From positions 1 to 43,545 of the forward strand of contig JAZKFH010000008.1 of the NCBI GenBank assembly GCA_040386535.1: a stretch of 43,545 nucleotides of DNA. The letters are read 5' to 3'. Shown piece after piece: positions 26,712 to 35,357 of the stretch; within the stretch, counting starts at the first letter, position 1, and each line of letters starts with the position of its first letter. The position numbers and the translations under genes were made by a program. The notes under the pieces are model-generated. The model saw only the letters and a list, made by a program, of their open reading frames with translations, searched no databases and was not told the DNA's origin. The DNA comes from Myxococcota bacterium (GTDB taxonomy: Bacteria; Myxococcota_A; UBA796; SXON01).

Positions 26712-27797
26712 CTACGCGCCGGGCAGCGTCACCACGAAGCGCGCCCCGCCGCCGGGCACGTTCTCGGCCACGATGCGGCCGCCGTGTTCGCCCACGATCC
26801 CGTGCACGACCGCGAGCCCGAGCCCAGTGCCCTCCCCCGGCGCCTTGGTCGTGAAGAAGGGCTCGAACACGCGCGGGAGGTGCTCGGGCGGGATCCCCGG
26901 GCCATCGTCCTCCACCACGAGGCCGTCGGGGCCGGTGCGCACCCACACCGTGGCGCGCGCGGCGTGGACGGCGTTGCGGAGCAGGTTGTACGCGACCTGC
27001 TCGATGGCCTGCGGATCGGCGACGACGGGGGCCGCCGCGAGGTCGTGCTTCAGATCGATGTCGCGGGCGCGGGCCTCGAGGCGGGCGAGGGCGATGGCGT
27101 CGCGGGCGACCTCGGCGAGGTCGACGGTGCGGCGCTCGCCGGTGGACGACCGCGCGAAACGGAGCAACGAGCCGGTGATCTGGCGGATGCGCTCCGCCTG
27201 CCGCTCCATCACCGCGAGATCCGCGATCTGCTCGGGGTCGCCGCCGGTCTCCTCCAGCACCGTGCGGAGGAAGCTCGCGCGGCCGAGGATGACGCCGGCC
27301 GGGTTGTTGATCTCGTGCGCCACGCCGCCCGCCAGCCGCCCGACGCTCGCGAGGCGCTCGGCATCGGAGAGCTCGCGTTGGGCAGTCGCCAGCGCCGCGG
27401 TGCGCTCGCGCACGCGCGCCTCGAGATCGAGGTTGAGCTGCCGCTGCCGCTCCTGTTCCAGCAACACGCGCTGCCGCAGCCGCTCCAGCGCCTCCCCGAG
27501 CTCGCGTGGCTCGTCGATGCCGGTGGCGAGGAAGGGCTCGGCGAGGTCGGCCTCCTCCATGCGCCGCACCTGCCGCGCGAGGCGCACGAGCGGCCGCACC
27601 ACGAGCCAGTCGAGCACCGCGGCGAACACGAACGCGCAGCCCAGCGCCACGCCCAGCGCGAGGGCCACCCAGGCGGTGCTCCCGCTGCCGTCGTAGGCGC
27701 GCGTGAAGGCCGACGAGAGCAGCATCGCGCCCACCACCGCGAGGGTGAGGAGCGCGCCGAGCTTCAGCGCGAGGCCGGGCCGGCGGGAGGGCGGCAT
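26712..27797 (-). CDS. Membrane sensor histidine kinase with HAMP domain
   Basis: Two TM helices, HAMP, H-box AHEINNP, N-box NLLRNA, DDGPGI, FEPFFTTK and GTGLGL. Start ATG 27797. Confidence 0.92.
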   Translation of the reverse strand: MPPSRRPGLALKLGALLTLAVVGAMLLSSAFTRAYDGSGSTAWVALALGVALGCAFVFAAVLDWLVVRPLVRLARQVRRMEEADLAEPFLATGIDEPRELGEALERLRQRVLLEQERQRQLNLDLEARVRERTAALATAQRELSDAERLASVGRLAGGVAHEINNPAGVILGRASFLRTVLEETGGDPEQIADLAVMERQAERIRQITGSLLRFARSSTGERRTVDLAEVARDAIALARLEARARDIDLKHDLAAAPVVADPQAIEQVAYNLLRNAVHAARATVWVRTGPDGLVVEDDGPGIPPEHLPRVFEPFFTTKAPGEGTGLGLAVVHGIVGEHGGRIVAENVPGGGARFVVTLPGA

Positions 27798-27878
27798 GCG
27801 CGGAGTATTACCCGCGGAAGGAAGGGAGCGACGGGGTAGCTTACCGACACTTCGCCGCCCGGCGAGTAGGATGAGCCC

Positions 27879-28196
27879 ATGCCGATCTGGAAGCACCACG
27901 TCTTCGTGTGCACGAACAAGCGGCCGCCGGGCCACCCGAAGGGCTCGTGCGGGGAGCGCGGCGCGAGCGACGTGCTGATGGCGTTCACCGACGAGATCGA
28001 GCGGCTCGAGCTGTTCGAGACCGTGAAGGTGAACAGCGCGAGCTGCCTCGGCCCGTGCCGCAGCGGCCCCACGATGGTGGTCTACCCGGAGAACACCTGG
28101 TACGGGGCGGTGAAGGCCGAAGACGTCCGGGAGATCGTCCAGTCGCACTTCGTCGACGGGCGGCCGGTGGCGCGCCTCGTCCTGCCGGAGAGCTGA
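27879..28196 (+). CDS. Thioredoxin-like [2Fe-2S] ferredoxin
   Basis: HVFVCTN..GSC...CLGPC..GP..VVYPENTWY. Confidence 0.92.
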   Translation: MPIWKHHVFVCTNKRPPGHPKGSCGERGASDVLMAFTDEIERLELFETVKVNSASCLGPCRSGPTMVVYPENTWYGAVKAEDVREIVQSHFVDGRPVARLVLPES

Positions 28197-28199
28197 CCG

Positions 28200-29063
28200 A
28201 TGTTCGGGAACCTGAAGTCGAACCTCAAGAGCCGCATCAAGGGCGTGGTCGAGGACATCAAGGGCCGGCGCGTCGACGCGGCGGATCCGTACGTCGCGGC
28301 GCGGCCGGTGGCCGCGGCGCCCGTGGTGGCGCGTCCCGCGGCGGTGGTGGCGGCGCCCGTGGTGGCCAAGGTCGACGCTCGCCCGGCGCCGGTTGTGGCG
28401 CCGGTCGTTGAAGAGGCGGTCGCGGTGCCCGTCGCCGCGGTGCCCGTCGCGGTGGCGGCCACGCTCGAAGTGGCGGTCGCGCCCATCGCGGTCGCGCCCC
28501 CCGTGGTCGAGGTGGCGCCCGTCGTCGCGCCCGTGGCACCCACCCCGGTCGAAGCGCGCCCCCCGGTCGTCACGCCGGTCACCCCCGTCGTGCACGCCCC
28601 GCCCTCCGTCGCGTCCCTCGCCGCCGCGGCGGCCTCCGGAAAGGGCACCAGCCGCGTCCTTCACGCCGACATGGGCTCGACCGACGTGGCGGCCTACCTC
28701 GCGCGCGCCAAGGCGAACGGGCGCTCGGCCGACTCGGTGACCGGCGGCATCGGCGTCAACACCGCGGAGGACGGCGAGGCCTACTGGGGCCCCGTCGACA
28801 ACGACTCCTCGCGCGCCAAGGCCGCCGGAAAGGTGCTCACCATCGACCAGTTCGAGTGCATCAGCTGCGGCACCTGCGTCGAGCAGACCGACAAGGTGTA
28901 CTACCTGCCGGACGACGGCAAGGCGACGCCCATCGCCCAGGACGGCCCCATGGACCTGATCCAGGACGCGATCGACGCCTGCCCGGTGACCTGCATCGCG
29001 TGGACGCCCCCGGCCGAGGCCGAGGAGCGCGGGCTCGCGACGGGGATGGACGCGGGGGAGTAA
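28200..29063 (+). CDS. Monocluster [4Fe-4S] ferredoxin with long Ala/Val/Pro linker
   Basis: C-terminal CISCGTC...AIDACPVTCI. About 110-aa AVP-rich middle region. Confidence 0.8.
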   Translation: MFGNLKSNLKSRIKGVVEDIKGRRVDAADPYVAARPVAAAPVVARPAAVVAAPVVAKVDARPAPVVAPVVEEAVAVPVAAVPVAVAATLEVAVAPIAVAPPVVEVAPVVAPVAPTPVEARPPVVTPVTPVVHAPPSVASLAAAAASGKGTSRVLHADMGSTDVAAYLARAKANGRSADSVTGGIGVNTAEDGEAYWGPVDNDSSRAKAAGKVLTIDQFECISCGTCVEQTDKVYYLPDDGKATPIAQDGPMDLIQDAIDACPVTCIAWTPPAEAEERGLATGMDAGE

Positions 29064-29077
29064 CGGTCGCGCGTTGC

Positions 29078-29114
29078 TTGCCCCCACCACGCCCGATAGC
29101 TATCGTTGATAGCA
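29078..29114 (+). promoter_or_regulatory. Sigma-70-like promoter with overlapping palindromic operator of the TA operon
   Basis: TTGCCC-N17-TATCGT. Palindromes CGATAGCTATCG (29094-29105) and GCTATC-N3-GATAGC (29099-29113). Confidence 0.7.
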
Positions 29115-29123
29115 GGAGGGGGC

Positions 29124-29357
29124 ATGTCCCAGCTCATCGTTCGGAACATCGAGGAGGAGGTGGTCGCCGCGCTGCGGGAACGAGCCGCCGCCCATGGTCG
29201 GTCCGCCGAAGCCGAGCACCGCGAGATCCTCCGGCAGGTGCTCCTCCATGATGAACGCGCTGCCGCCTTCAAGAGCTGGCTGATGGCGATGCCCGCGCTC
29301 GGGGAGGACGCCGACTTCGAGCGCAACGGAGATCTGCCACGGGCCGTCGAGCTGTGA
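29124..29357 (+). CDS. FitA-like ribbon-helix-helix antitoxin
   Basis: MSQLIVRNIEEEVVAALRERAAAHGRSAEAEHREIL. GGAGG RBS. Overlaps the toxin start. Confidence 0.88.
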   Translation: MSQLIVRNIEEEVVAALRERAAAHGRSAEAEHREILRQVLLHDERAAAFKSWLMAMPALGEDADFERNGDLPRAVEL

Positions 29358-29773
29358 GGTACCTGCTCGACACCAACATCATCTCGGAGCTGCGGAAGGG
29401 CCGCCGCGCCGACGAAGGGGTTCGATCGTGGATGGAGGCAACGGCCGCATCCAGCCTGTGGGTGAGCGTCCTCGTGCTTGGTGAGCTGCGTCGGGGGGTC
29501 GAGGCGCTACGCCGGCGGGATCCCGTGAGCGCGGATGTCCTCGAGGTGTGGTTGCGAGCGCAGGCATCGATGCACGCCGGGCGCGTACTGCCCGTCGACG
29601 AAGCGGTCGCGGACCGCTGGGGGCGCCTCAACGTCCCGGATCTCGTCCCGACCGTGGATGGCCTGCTCGCCGCCACCGCGCTCGTGCACGGGATGACCGT
29701 CGTGACGAGGAACACACGGGACTTCGCGCCCACCGGCGTCGAGCTGCTCAATCCGTTCTCGTCCGCACGCTGA
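29354..29773 (+). CDS. vapC: PIN-domain toxin (VapC/FitB)
   Basis: YLLDTNIISELRK, GELRRG, DGLLAATA and VTRNTRDF. Confidence 0.93.
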   Translation: MRYLLDTNIISELRKGRRADEGVRSWMEATAASSLWVSVLVLGELRRGVEALRRRDPVSADVLEVWLRAQASMHAGRVLPVDEAVADRWGRLNVPDLVPTVDGLLAATALVHGMTVVTRNTRDFAPTGVELLNPFSSAR

Positions 29774-29791
29774 CCGGGCGCACGCAGCCGA

Positions 29792-31414
29792 CTACGCCAA
29801 CAACCCTTTGATCGACCGCCGCACCTCCCCCAGATCCCCCGACGGGCGCGCGCAGGCAGCGAGGGTGCACGCCATCGCGGCGCCCTCCTGGAGGCCCAAT
29901 CGTTCGGCCTCGGCGGCGTCGAGGGCAAGGCCGAGAACGTCGGCATGCGCGTCTGACAAAATCTCGCGCAGGAGCAGCGGCCCGCGCCACACCTTGACGG
30001 TCACGGCGGGCCGATCGATGCGCTCGCGGACCGCGCACGCGTTGGCCGCCATGAAGCCCCAGGCCTCGCCCTCGGCGAGCGCGGTGTCGGCGGCGGCGCC
30101 GGCCGTCGTGAGCCATTCGCGGCTGCCGGTCAGCACGCCGAGGCGCCAACAGGCCTCGGCGAACGCGGTGTTCCCGACCATCGAGCGGCGCCGCTGCCGC
30201 AACAGGCCCGGGCCGGTGGGCGCGTCGTAACAGCCGCCCTCGGGGGCGCCGAGCGTGTCGCGCGCCCAGGTCAACGCGCGGACGGAGGCGTCGCGCCAGC
30301 GCGGATCACCGGTGTGTTGCCAGAGGTGGAGCCAGCCCTCGGCGACTTCGGCCTGGTCGGTGAGCAGGCCCGCCACGCCGCCGGGGGCGCGGACGATGCG
30401 GCCGTCGGCGTCGAGGCGTGTCAGGAGCGCCTCGCCCACCTGGCGCGCGAGGCCGGCGAGCCCCGGGCGATCCCACGCGGCGGCGGCGCGGACCAGGGCC
30501 GCCACCATCAGGCCGTTCCAGCCGGCGTAGATCGTGGGGTCGACGCGCGGCGGAGGCCCGCGTTCGGCGAGGGGGCGCACGTAGTAGGCCTCGTCGGCGT
30601 CCTGGCTGCCGCCGAAGGCGCCGAGCGTCGCGGTGACGCCGGCGTCCTGCCAGATCGTCGCGAGCGCCCAGCGCACGGAACCCTCCGCGCGCGCCCGCCA
30701 CACCGGGTTGTCGAGCGCCGTGGCCGCGCGCGTGTAGAGCCGCACGAGGCGCGCGTTGTCCTCGAGCATCTTCTCGTAGTGGGGCACGCTCCAGTCGTCC
30801 TGGGTGGAGTAGCGGAAGAACCCGCCTTCTTCCTTGTCCCAGAGGCCGCCGTCCGCCATGGCGTCGAGGGTCTTGACGAGCATGCCGTCGTCATCGACGC
30901 CGCGCAGGCGCCGGTCGAGGAGCCACTCCAGGATGCCCGCGTGCGGGAACTTCTGGTAGTCGCCGAACCCGCCGTGGTAGCGGTCGTACGCCTTCTTCAC
31001 GCGCTCCCAGAGCACGTCGAGCCCGGGGGAGGGCTCGGGCGCCGGCTCGGGCGGCGAGGGCGCGATCGACCAGCGCTGGCCGGGCTCGGAGACGCTCGAG
31101 AGAAGCATCGCCAGCTCGACCGCGGGGACGTAGGTGCGGCCCACGAGCACCTCGCCCTCGGCGTCGAGCACCGCCACGGTGGGCCAGCCGCCCATGTTGT
31201 AGCGCTCGTTGATCTCGGGGCGCTGGTCGGTGTCGACCCGCACGGCGATGAAGCGCTCCCGGACGAGGCGGATCACGGCGGGGTGCGGGTAGCTGCCCTC
31301 GTCCATCACGTGGCACCAATGGCACCACGTGGCGCCGATGTGCAGCAGCACGGGCTTGCCCTCGGCCTTCGCGCGCGCGAACGCGGCCTCGCCCCACGGC
31401 TCCCAGTCGATCAT
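29792..31414 (-). CDS. YyaL/DUF255 thioredoxin-domain protein
   Basis: [43 protein letters not shown] and SQDAD. Confidence 0.88.
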   Translation of the reverse strand: MIDWEPWGEAAFARAKAEGKPVLLHIGATWCHWCHVMDEGSYPHPAVIRLVRERFIAVRVDTDQRPEINERYNMGGWPTVAVLDAEGEVLVGRTYVPAVELAMLLSSVSEPGQRWSIAPSPPEPAPEPSPGLDVLWERVKKAYDRYHGGFGDYQKFPHAGILEWLLDRRLRGVDDDGMLVKTLDAMADGGLWDKEEGGFFRYSTQDDWSVPHYEKMLEDNARLVRLYTRAATALDNPVWRARAEGSVRWALATIWQDAGVTATLGAFGGSQDADEAYYVRPLAERGPPPRVDPTIYAGWNGLMVAALVRAAAAWDRPGLAGLARQVGEALLTRLDADGRIVRAPGGVAGLLTDQAEVAEGWLHLWQHTGDPRWRDASVRALTWARDTLGAPEGGCYDAPTGPGLLRQRRRSMVGNTAFAEACWRLGVLTGSREWLTTAGAAADTALAEGEAWGFMAANACAVRERIDRPAVTVKVWRGPLLLREILSDAHADVLGLALDAAEAERLGLQEGAAMACTLAACARPSGDLGEVRRSIKGLLA

Positions 31415-31424
31415 CGGGAGGCCC

Positions 31425-31799
31425 TCATCTCGCGGCGATCCGCGCCCAGTCTTCGGTGGCGAGCTTGCGCCAGCCGCGCGGCGGGCGGGTGCCCATCGGG
31501 AACACCCACGCCTCGGCGGGCACGCCGCGCATGTTGTGGGCAGCGCTCACGCGCTCGCGACGGAGCGGGCCGTCCCCGGCGGTCTCCACCAGGTCCATGA
31601 CGCAGAGCCGCTCGAAGTCGACGTCGACGAGCAGGCCGTGGATCGGCTTGCCGGCGGGATCGGGCACGAGGACCGGTCGGTGCCGCTGGCCGCGCCACAA
31701 CGAGCCGCGCACGGTCGCGGGGGCGGTGTTCAACCCCATGATCCAGCGGTTGTCGGGCTGGCCGGGCAGCGACGTGCCGTAGAGGAAGAGGGTCGGCAT
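31425..31799 (-). CDS. Gamma-glutamylcyclotransferase (AIG2-like) family protein
   Basis: LFLYGT..PG.P.N start, MDLVE, RERV and AWVF. Confidence 0.7.
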   Translation of the reverse strand: MPTLFLYGTSLPGQPDNRWIMGLNTAPATVRGSLWRGQRHRPVLVPDPAGKPIHGLLVDVDFERLCVMDLVETAGDGPLRRERVSAAHNMRGVPAEAWVFPMGTRPPRGWRKLATEDWARIAAR

Positions 31800-31841
31800 G
31801 CGGGGGGCTATCCGGCCCAGGCGCGACGGGCCCGAGGATGG

Positions 31842-33458
31842 CTAACGGCGGCCGAGCCGCGCGGCGAGGTGCTCGGCGAGCGGCTCCAGCCCCTCGAGCA
31901 GGTCGCGGTGCTCGGGATCCGTGCCGAGCTTGCGGAACAGGGTCTCGTCGAGGGTCAGGAACGAGCCCGCGGTCACGACGAGGCCGAGCGCTTCGGCGAT
32001 CTCGGAGAGGAGCGCCCACGACGGCCCCGTGGGGCTCCGCGCGACCACCCAGCCGCGGGAGGCGCCGAGCGCGTCGACCACCGCGTCGAGGCGGCGCGGC
32101 CGCTGGGCGGTGGTCTGGACCAGCACGTCGGGGCCGTACACCTTGAGCTTGAGCACGCCGCGGCGGTCGAGCAGCCCGAGCGCCACGAGGATGGCGAACG
32201 CCGGCACGTTCTTGAGCGCGCGCGCGCGGAGGCTCACCATGTCGGGGACCACGCGCACGGGCGGCTCGCCGGGGTGCAGCAGCCCGCCGTGCGCGCAGAC
32301 GCGCCGATCGAGGGCGTTGGGCGGCCGCGCGATCGTGCCCTGCCGGGCCCCGCGCAGGAGCTGGTTCACCATGCCCAGGCCCCCCGCGAGGAGGCCCAAC
32401 GTGGAGGGGAAGGCGACGACCAGCCCGCGGCGGTCGATCGACGCGAGGAAGGGGTCCGCGTAGACCGGGGTGGGCTCCCCCGGGTTGCCCGCGAGCGGAA
32501 ACGAGGTGAGCCGGCGGCCGAACAGCAGGCGTTCGAGGTTCTCTTCCACGGTGCCGGGCTGGAACAGGCGGCTGACCCAGAGACGGAAGCGCCGCGTGTC
32601 GCCCGGGCGCCCCGCGAGCAGCTCGCCAAGGTGGCGGCGGAAGTCGGGATCGGAGAGGGCCACGGACACGGGCGACTCGGCCAGCTCGCGCCGGGCGGCG
32701 GCGCCTGCGGAGACGACGAGCACGTCCCCCACGCGCGTGGCATCCCCGCGGCGCGTCGCCATCGCGAGGTAGCCGCCGATGCCGCAGTGGGAGCCGCCCG
32801 CCGCGTCGAGGAGGCCGCGCACCTGGTGCGGATCGAGCTCGCCATGATCGAGGAGCGCGCGGAGCAGGTGGGTGTAGACGTCGGGGTTGTCGTCGGCGCC
32901 GGCGCGCAGGTCGAGCGGGGGCGGCGGCGCGGCCACGTCGTTCGAGAAGCCGAGGGAGAGCTGCTCGGGAGCGCGCGCGGGCTCGTGCAGCTCGGCGTCG
33001 GGATCGACGAGGGCGTCGGCCGGGGGCGGCATCGCGACACGCAGCGGCGCGCGCAGGCCCGGGCCGAGCAGGCGGCGAAGGCCGAGCGCGCGCTTGCGGA
33101 CGGTGCGCGGGGCCAGGGCGGGATCGGCGGCGGAGACGGCGCGGGCCAGCTCGTCGGCGCCGATGGGGCCGTCGGCGCCGAGCGGCCCGAGGACGGGGTG
33201 CGCGGCGATCGTGGCGGCGAGCACCTGGTGGCGGCGCGCGCCCGCGTAGATGTAGGCGAGGCCGGCGCGGGTGAGCACTGGCTCGTCGTCCAGGTCGAGC
33301 AGGCCGAGCCAGCTCGCGGCGAGCAGGTAGGACCGCAGGACGGGGGCCTCGATCCCGAGCACCTCGCCGAGGGCCCGCTGCCGCCGGTGCCCGGCCGCCA
33401 CCTGTTCGAGGAGCCGCGTGAGCATCCGCGGGCTGGTGGCGTGAGGGAAGGTCAGCAT
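31842..33458 (-). CDS. Hypothetical protein, probable winged-helix domains
   Basis: 538-aa ORF with host codon usage. N-terminus FPHATS...RSYLLAASWLGLL...LTRAG looks like a wHTH. Confidence 0.65.
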   Translation of the reverse strand: MLTFPHATSPRMLTRLLEQVAAGHRRQRALGEVLGIEAPVLRSYLLAASWLGLLDLDDEPVLTRAGLAYIYAGARRHQVLAATIAAHPVLGPLGADGPIGADELARAVSAADPALAPRTVRKRALGLRRLLGPGLRAPLRVAMPPPADALVDPDAELHEPARAPEQLSLGFSNDVAAPPPPLDLRAGADDNPDVYTHLLRALLDHGELDPHQVRGLLDAAGGSHCGIGGYLAMATRRGDATRVGDVLVVSAGAAARRELAESPVSVALSDPDFRRHLGELLAGRPGDTRRFRLWVSRLFQPGTVEENLERLLFGRRLTSFPLAGNPGEPTPVYADPFLASIDRRGLVVAFPSTLGLLAGGLGMVNQLLRGARQGTIARPPNALDRRVCAHGGLLHPGEPPVRVVPDMVSLRARALKNVPAFAILVALGLLDRRGVLKLKVYGPDVLVQTTAQRPRRLDAVVDALGASRGWVVARSPTGPSWALLSEIAEALGLVVTAGSFLTLDETLFRKLGTDPEHRDLLEGLEPLAEHLAARLGRR

Positions 33459-33544
33459 GCCGCGCGCACTCTACCGCGTCGGAGCGCGTCGGCGCGACGA
33501 TCGCGCCCAACGTTCGGCGGACGTCGAGAAAAGCTGACCTTCGA

Positions 33545-33576
33545 TCTTGACGTGGCAAGAATAACGATCGTATCTT
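33545..33576 (+). promoter_or_regulatory. Sigma-70-like promoter with palindrome over the -35
   Basis: TTGACG(33547)-N18-TATCTT(33571). TCTTG-N6-CAAGA at 33545-33560. Confidence 0.6.
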
Positions 33577-33584
33577 CGCCCGTG

Positions 33585-34586
33585 ATGCACCGTGCAGAGC
33601 GCCGAAAAGTGCTGCTCCAGGGGCGCCGAGACACCGTCTTCGACCCCGAGCAGCTGCGAATCGAAGGAGCCCCGCGCGGGCGGCTCGCGCGGCGCATCCG
33701 GGGGCACCTCCGCCGGCTCGAGCCCATCGCGATGCTGACGCCGCGCTGGTCGGCGCCGCAGTCCTTCCTCGAAGACCTCGCGCTCGATCTCGCCGTCGGC
33801 GAGCCCGAGATCGGCTGCCGCACGGTGTCGTTCCGGCCGCTCATGGGGCGGTCGGCGGCCGAGTCGTGGAACTTCCTCCTCCGCGTGCTCGGCGAGCTCG
33901 GCGGCGGCGAGTGGGGCGTGCGCTCGGTGCCGATGGTGTGTGACCGGCGCGGCTTCTTCAACGCCGCCGCCATGTTGCTCGACCAGGCCCAGGAAGAGGC
34001 GCCCTACCCGATCGCGCTGCTCGCGCACGGCGCCGAACACCTCCCGGTCGAGGTGCTCGACGACATCGCGCAGGTGTGGTCGCGCTTCGCCGAGCAGGTC
34101 GAGCACGACCGTCGTTGCACGCTGCTCCTCGCGGGCTCGGTCGACACGCCGGCGCTCGACGTGGGCGGCTCCTCCCGCATCGATCTGGCCGACTTCGGCG
34201 AGCTCGAGGCCGCCGACAGCCTGGTGCTCCAGCTCGGCATGATCGATCCGTTGGAGCTCGAGCGCGCCGCGCGGTTCTCGGGCGGCGTGCCCGCGATCGT
34301 GCAGGCCCTCGCCGTCGGCACGGGGCGCGGTTTTCCGAACTCCCCCGCCGAGTACCAGCGCGCCATGGGCCCCATCGCCCACGAGATCCGCGGCGCGGTG
34401 CAGAGCGCGCTCACCGCGCCCGACACCGCCGACCGGCTCACGATGCTGCTCGACGGCGAGTCCCAGCCCGAGGACCCCGACGTCGACGGCGCGCTGCTCC
34501 TGTCGGGCGTGATCCGCCGCGTCCGCACGCTCGCGGGGCCGCACGTGGTGCTCCGGTCGCCGGCGTTTGCGAGCGCGTCGAACTGA
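33585..34586 (+). CDS. Hypothetical protein, degenerate P-loop/STAND-like NTPase fold
   Basis: Walker-A-position TPRWSAPQS, Walker-B-position LLAHGAEHL, LLLAGS strand and SGGVP motif. Start is ATG 33585 or GTG 33582. Confidence 0.6.
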   Translation: MHRAERRKVLLQGRRDTVFDPEQLRIEGAPRGRLARRIRGHLRRLEPIAMLTPRWSAPQSFLEDLALDLAVGEPEIGCRTVSFRPLMGRSAAESWNFLLRVLGELGGGEWGVRSVPMVCDRRGFFNAAAMLLDQAQEEAPYPIALLAHGAEHLPVEVLDDIAQVWSRFAEQVEHDRRCTLLLAGSVDTPALDVGGSSRIDLADFGELEAADSLVLQLGMIDPLELERAARFSGGVPAIVQALAVGTGRGFPNSPAEYQRAMGPIAHEIRGAVQSALTAPDTADRLTMLLDGESQPEDPDVDGALLLSGVIRRVRTLAGPHVVLRSPAFASASN

Positions 34587-34602
34587 GCTGCGGGTGGTGG
34601 GG

Positions 34603-34707
34603 AGGGGTCAGGACCAGCGGAACCTCAAACATGTTTGCCCGCGTGCGGTGACCCCAACTGACTGGAATACTTCAGAAAGTGATGAGGTTCCGCTGGTCCT
34701 GACCCCT
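34603..34707. repeat. Perfect 25-bp inverted repeat with 55-bp spacer (REP/MITE-like)
   Basis: AGGGGTCAGGACCAGCGGAACCTCA (34603-34627) and its exact reverse complement (34683-34707), between convergent genes. Confidence 0.9.
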
Positions 34708-35357
34708 TAGCCCCGGTACAGCGCCGCCAATCGTGCTGGATCCACGCCCATCCGGTAGGCCCCGCGCAGCGCGAACATCGTCAGCATCGTGCGGGTGAAG
34801 CCGTGGGTGGTCCAGCGCCGCGCGGAGGTCGTCACCGCGGGGGTGAGCACCTCGGCGGGCGCGAGGCGCCGGGCGCGGTCGGTGAACACGAGGTCCTCGA
34901 AGGCGAGGAGCGGGGCCCAGCCGCCCACCTGGTCCACGAGGGTGCGCCGCGCCCAGATTGCCATGTCCCCGGTGGCGCTGCCCGTGGCCCGCGCGCGGAG
35001 GTTCATGCCGACGGCGGTGAGGCGCAGGCGTGGATCGCGGCTCGCGATGCGCACCGCGAAGCAGCCCCACGCGGCCCGCGTGCTCCGGAGCGCAGCGACC
35101 GCGCCCGCCGGCACGCCCGTGTCGGCGTGGAGGAACCACAACAGGTCGCCCCGCGCGGCGGCGGTCCCCGCGGCCAGCTGCGTGCCGCGGCCCCGCGGCG
35201 CGACGATCACGGTGGCGCCTGCCTGCTTTGCGAGGGCGACGGTGTCGTCCCGGCTCCCGCCGTCCACCACGATCACCTCGTCCACCCCGGCCAGCGCGCC
35301 CAGGAGCGCGGGCAGCGCCGCGGCCTCGTCGAGCGTCGGGATGACGACCGAGATCAC
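34707..35357 (-). CDS. GT2 glycosyltransferase, TIGR04283-like
   Basis: ISVVIPTLDEA, VVDGGSRD, GRGTQL, FLHADT, GD, ED and TSARRW. Confidence 0.88.
   Translation of the reverse strand: MISVVIPTLDEAAALPALLGALAGVDEVIVVDGGSRDDTVALAKQAGATVIVAPRGRGTQLAAGTAAARGDLLWFLHADTGVPAGAVAALRSTRAAWGCFAVRIASRDPRLRLTAVGMNLRARATGSATGDMAIWARRTLVDQVGGWAPLLAFEDLVFTDRARRLAPAEVLTPAVTTSARRWTTHGFTRTMLTMFALRGAYRMGVDPARLAALYRG

Noticed and set aside
31329..33581. N-terminal part of the 1085-aa ORF
   Set aside because: It overlaps two minus-strand genes. The real gene most likely starts at 33582/33585, after a clear promoter.
34603..34707. Intact Tn3-family transposon or CRISPR unit
   Set aside because: No transposase or resolvase and no target-site duplication. 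The repeats are inverted and number only two.
34707..35357. Arsenosugar biosynthesis cluster
   Set aside because: Only the TIGR04283-like GT is present. No partner DUF2064, ArsM or ArsS genes are adjacent.
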